64,000 nt of DNA from Octopus sinensis (Eukaryota): the NCBI RefSeq assembly GCF_006345805.1, contig NC_043016.1, forward strand, positions 29,636,001 through 29,700,000, written 5' to 3'. Below the pieces are notes generated by a model. It did no database searches, was not told the origin of the DNA, and saw only the letters and a program-made list of their open reading frames with translations. The position numbers and the translations under genes are program-made. This document shows, in pieces, positions 61,524 through 64,000 of this stretch (position 1 is its first letter; every line of letters begins with the position of its first letter).

Positions 61524-62810
61524 TAATATAGTTTCACATTTTGTTCCTGTCGTAAATGCAAATGCGTTTGTTAATTTTTTGTTTGGGGGTTACAAAGGAA
61601 AGCCAATGTTCATGACCCCTTTACAAGGTTTACATGACTAGTAAGAAGGAGGTAGGGAGAGAGAGAGTGGGGAGGAAGAAGAAAGAGAAAGCAGGTTCAC
61701 TGAAGACACCCAAAATGCCAGGTGGTGGTGGTGGTGGTGGTGTTGGTGGACCATATAATGGGTTAGGGATTAGTTTGTGAATCAAGAAGGCCATTATAAT
61801 ATTTGAACTCAGAAGGCAAAGAACTGGAATAATCACTACAAGGAATCTGGTTTGGTGTTCTTATAGTTCCTCCACTCCTATTGCCTTGCCTTTGCTCCCT
61901 CTAGATGTGAGTAACCATGCTGATCCTTCTACAAGACCCTTCCCACAAGCCTCTCATTGTAATCTCTCATTCCTGAGGAAATGAAGCTGAATCCCTTTTT
62001 CCTCACCAGGGTTCATAGTCCTGTGAATTACATGGCAGTCTTAATAGTGCAGAGGGAATGAGAGAAGCACCCAGTCCATGCTGTAAAGTGGTTGGCATTA
62101 GGAAAGGAATCCAGAAGGGCAGAAACCATACCAAAGTAGACATTGGGACTCAGTGTAGACCTTAGACACATCAGATCCTGTTGAACTGTTCAACCCATGC
62201 CAGCATGGAATGTGGACAGTAAATGATGGTGATGATGATAATAATCTAAGAAGGATGAAAGGTGAGGTCGACCCTTAGACGTTAGATGATGATGATAGCG
62301 TATTATGTTGGACTATATGATTTTTCTTTTTAAGATGGTTGTAAATTGAAGAAGGTTTTGTTGCTGTTTCTAGCAGGTCAAGTAAATGTTCTTCCATTGG
62401 CTTCATTTTCTCTTGGGTTTAATACTGCCTTGCAGAATCAATTGATGCAGTTTAATATAAATTGGTGCTTTGCCATTAGCAAGAGAAATTTGGATGCAAA
62501 ATAATTTTATTATAATATCTGAAGGAAAAAAAAAAAAAAATCAATTTTTGATTCCTAGAAAGAAAAAAAAATAATAATGTAAAATTTGAAATAAAGAAAT
62601 AAAAAAAAGGAAATGTAGAAAGAAAAATGAAAAAGAAAATTCTGCCAGCATCCATAAAGCAAGATTTGTAATACACTGCTTTAAGATGATGGTGGTGGTG
62701 GTGGTTGTGGTGTTAGTGTTGGTTGCAGTGGTGATGATGGTGGCAACGATTGTGGTTACATAAGAGATTTTGTAAAGTGGGGTGCAGGGCCGTTTTTTGT
62801 AGTTCTTGTA

Positions 62811-63036
62811 TCTTTTACTTGCTTCACTCATTAAACTGCGGCCATGCTGGGGCGCCGCCTTGAAGAATCTTGGTCAAACGAATCGACAACAGTACTAATT
62901 TCTATTTGAAGTCTGGTATTTATTGTTGGTCTCTTTTGCCGAACCGCTAAGTTACGGGGCCGTAATACACCAACACCGGTTTCAAGTGGTGGGGATGAAG
63001 GAAAACACAGACACAAAGACGCGGGCACACACACAC

Positions 63037-63091
<55 letters not shown>

Positions 63092-63650
63092 TAGCAGTAT
63101 CGCCCGGCGTTGCTCGGGTTTGTAAGGGAAATAACTATATAAGCATTTTAGAGATGTAAAGTATAATAGCCATCTCAATATGGTTAACCACAAAGGGTGG
63201 GGTGTTACTGTAGCTTTTTACGTTCTGAGATTTAATAATAAATTTTTAGAGAGTTACTTCCCTTATATATGCCAAAAATGCATTAAAAATGGGAAAAATT
63301 GATGGTAAATTTTTTTTAAAATCATAGACTCATTGTAGACGCACGCTAATACCCAGAAGGGCTTGATATGAATCACGACTATAAGATACCCGGTTTTGGT
63401 TAAACTGCACCGCAAAATGTGGAAGTAGTTAGGAATCTAAATCGTAGGAGACAGACAGCACACAACCTCACTTTTATATATAAAGATATATACACGACGG
63501 GCTTCTTTCAGTTTACGTCTGCCAAATCCACTCACAAGGCTTCGGTCAGCTTCAGGCCATAGTGGAAGACACTCGCTGAAGGTGGCATACAGTCGGAGTG
63601 AACTCAGAACCCAAAACTTTGTGGTTGGGGAGAACATTTTTTTACCACTC
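62811..63650 (-). mobile_element. SINE family 1 copy split by a Helitron inserted in its (TA)n tract
   Basis: Tail and body at 62811-63090, head at 63487-63650. Confidence 0.8.
63091..63486 (-). mobile_element. Non-autonomous Helitron (396 bp)
   Basis: Minus strand A|TCTTTATATATAAAAG ... CCCGAGCAACGCCGGG hairpin (63103-63118), CGATACTG, CTAG|T: 5' TC, 3' CTAG, subterminal hairpin, inserted between A and T without a TSD. Confidence 0.85.
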
Positions 63651-63878
63651 CCGTTATCATTGAAATGAAATTATTCTTTTTAATCAGCAGTAACGACTGT
63701 GGTGTAAAATATTTCAGGGGAGGTAACTTTATTGACAACAATGGACGGTTTGAAATTTCTATCTTGTTTTAGCCCGTTTTAGTCCCAATCCAGCATAGCT
63801 ATGACGAAAGCCATGACCATCTCGTCTTATTTTCACACATAGTATTAATGTAGTACTACATTATACCCATTGGTATAT

Positions 63879-64000
63879 CCTTTAGTCGAGCAAATAGACC
63901 CCAGGACTTATTCTTTGTAAGCCCAGTACTTATTCTATCGGTCTCTTTTGCCGAACCGTTAAGTTAAGGGGACGTAAACACACCAGCATCAGTTGTCAAG
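63879..64000 (-). mobile_element. SINE family 1, partial (runs off the window)
   Basis: CCTTTAGTCGAGCAAATAGACCCCAGGACTTATTCTTTGTAAGCCCAG.. matches the family body. Confidence 0.85.

Overview
AT-rich, repeat-dense animal genomic DNA; the SINE and MITE repertoire suggests an octopus/coleoid cephalopod (inference from repeat families as I recall them). One host gene is present: spastin (SPAST) on the + strand. Six exons are well supported by GT-AG boundaries with consistent phases (17471-17554, 28958-29041, 54116-54273, 55489-55615, 59605-59669, 61437-61511) and cover the MIT domain, the basic/Ser-Thr linker and the start of the AAA domain through Walker A (GPPGNGKT). A seventh, symmetric candidate exon lies at 40592-40765. 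The first coding exon and the rest of the AAA domain were not found and probably lie outside the window. The introns hold a GC-rich decayed Tc1 (DD34E-compatible), two mariner copies, RTE and R4/Dong LINE fragments, hAT- and piggyBac-type MITEs, a non-autonomous Helitron, several modular tRNA-derived SINE families, a 28S rRNA fragment and a 60-bp minisatellite. The most notable non-coding observation is an apparently intact type I hammerhead ribozyme on the minus strand at 46188-46292: complete core, 16-bp stem I with a 2x2 internal loop, unusually extended stem II, palindromic stem III and an adjacent AATAAA, with no Penelope ORF in the window. All analyses were done by eye; no searches or folding programs were run.
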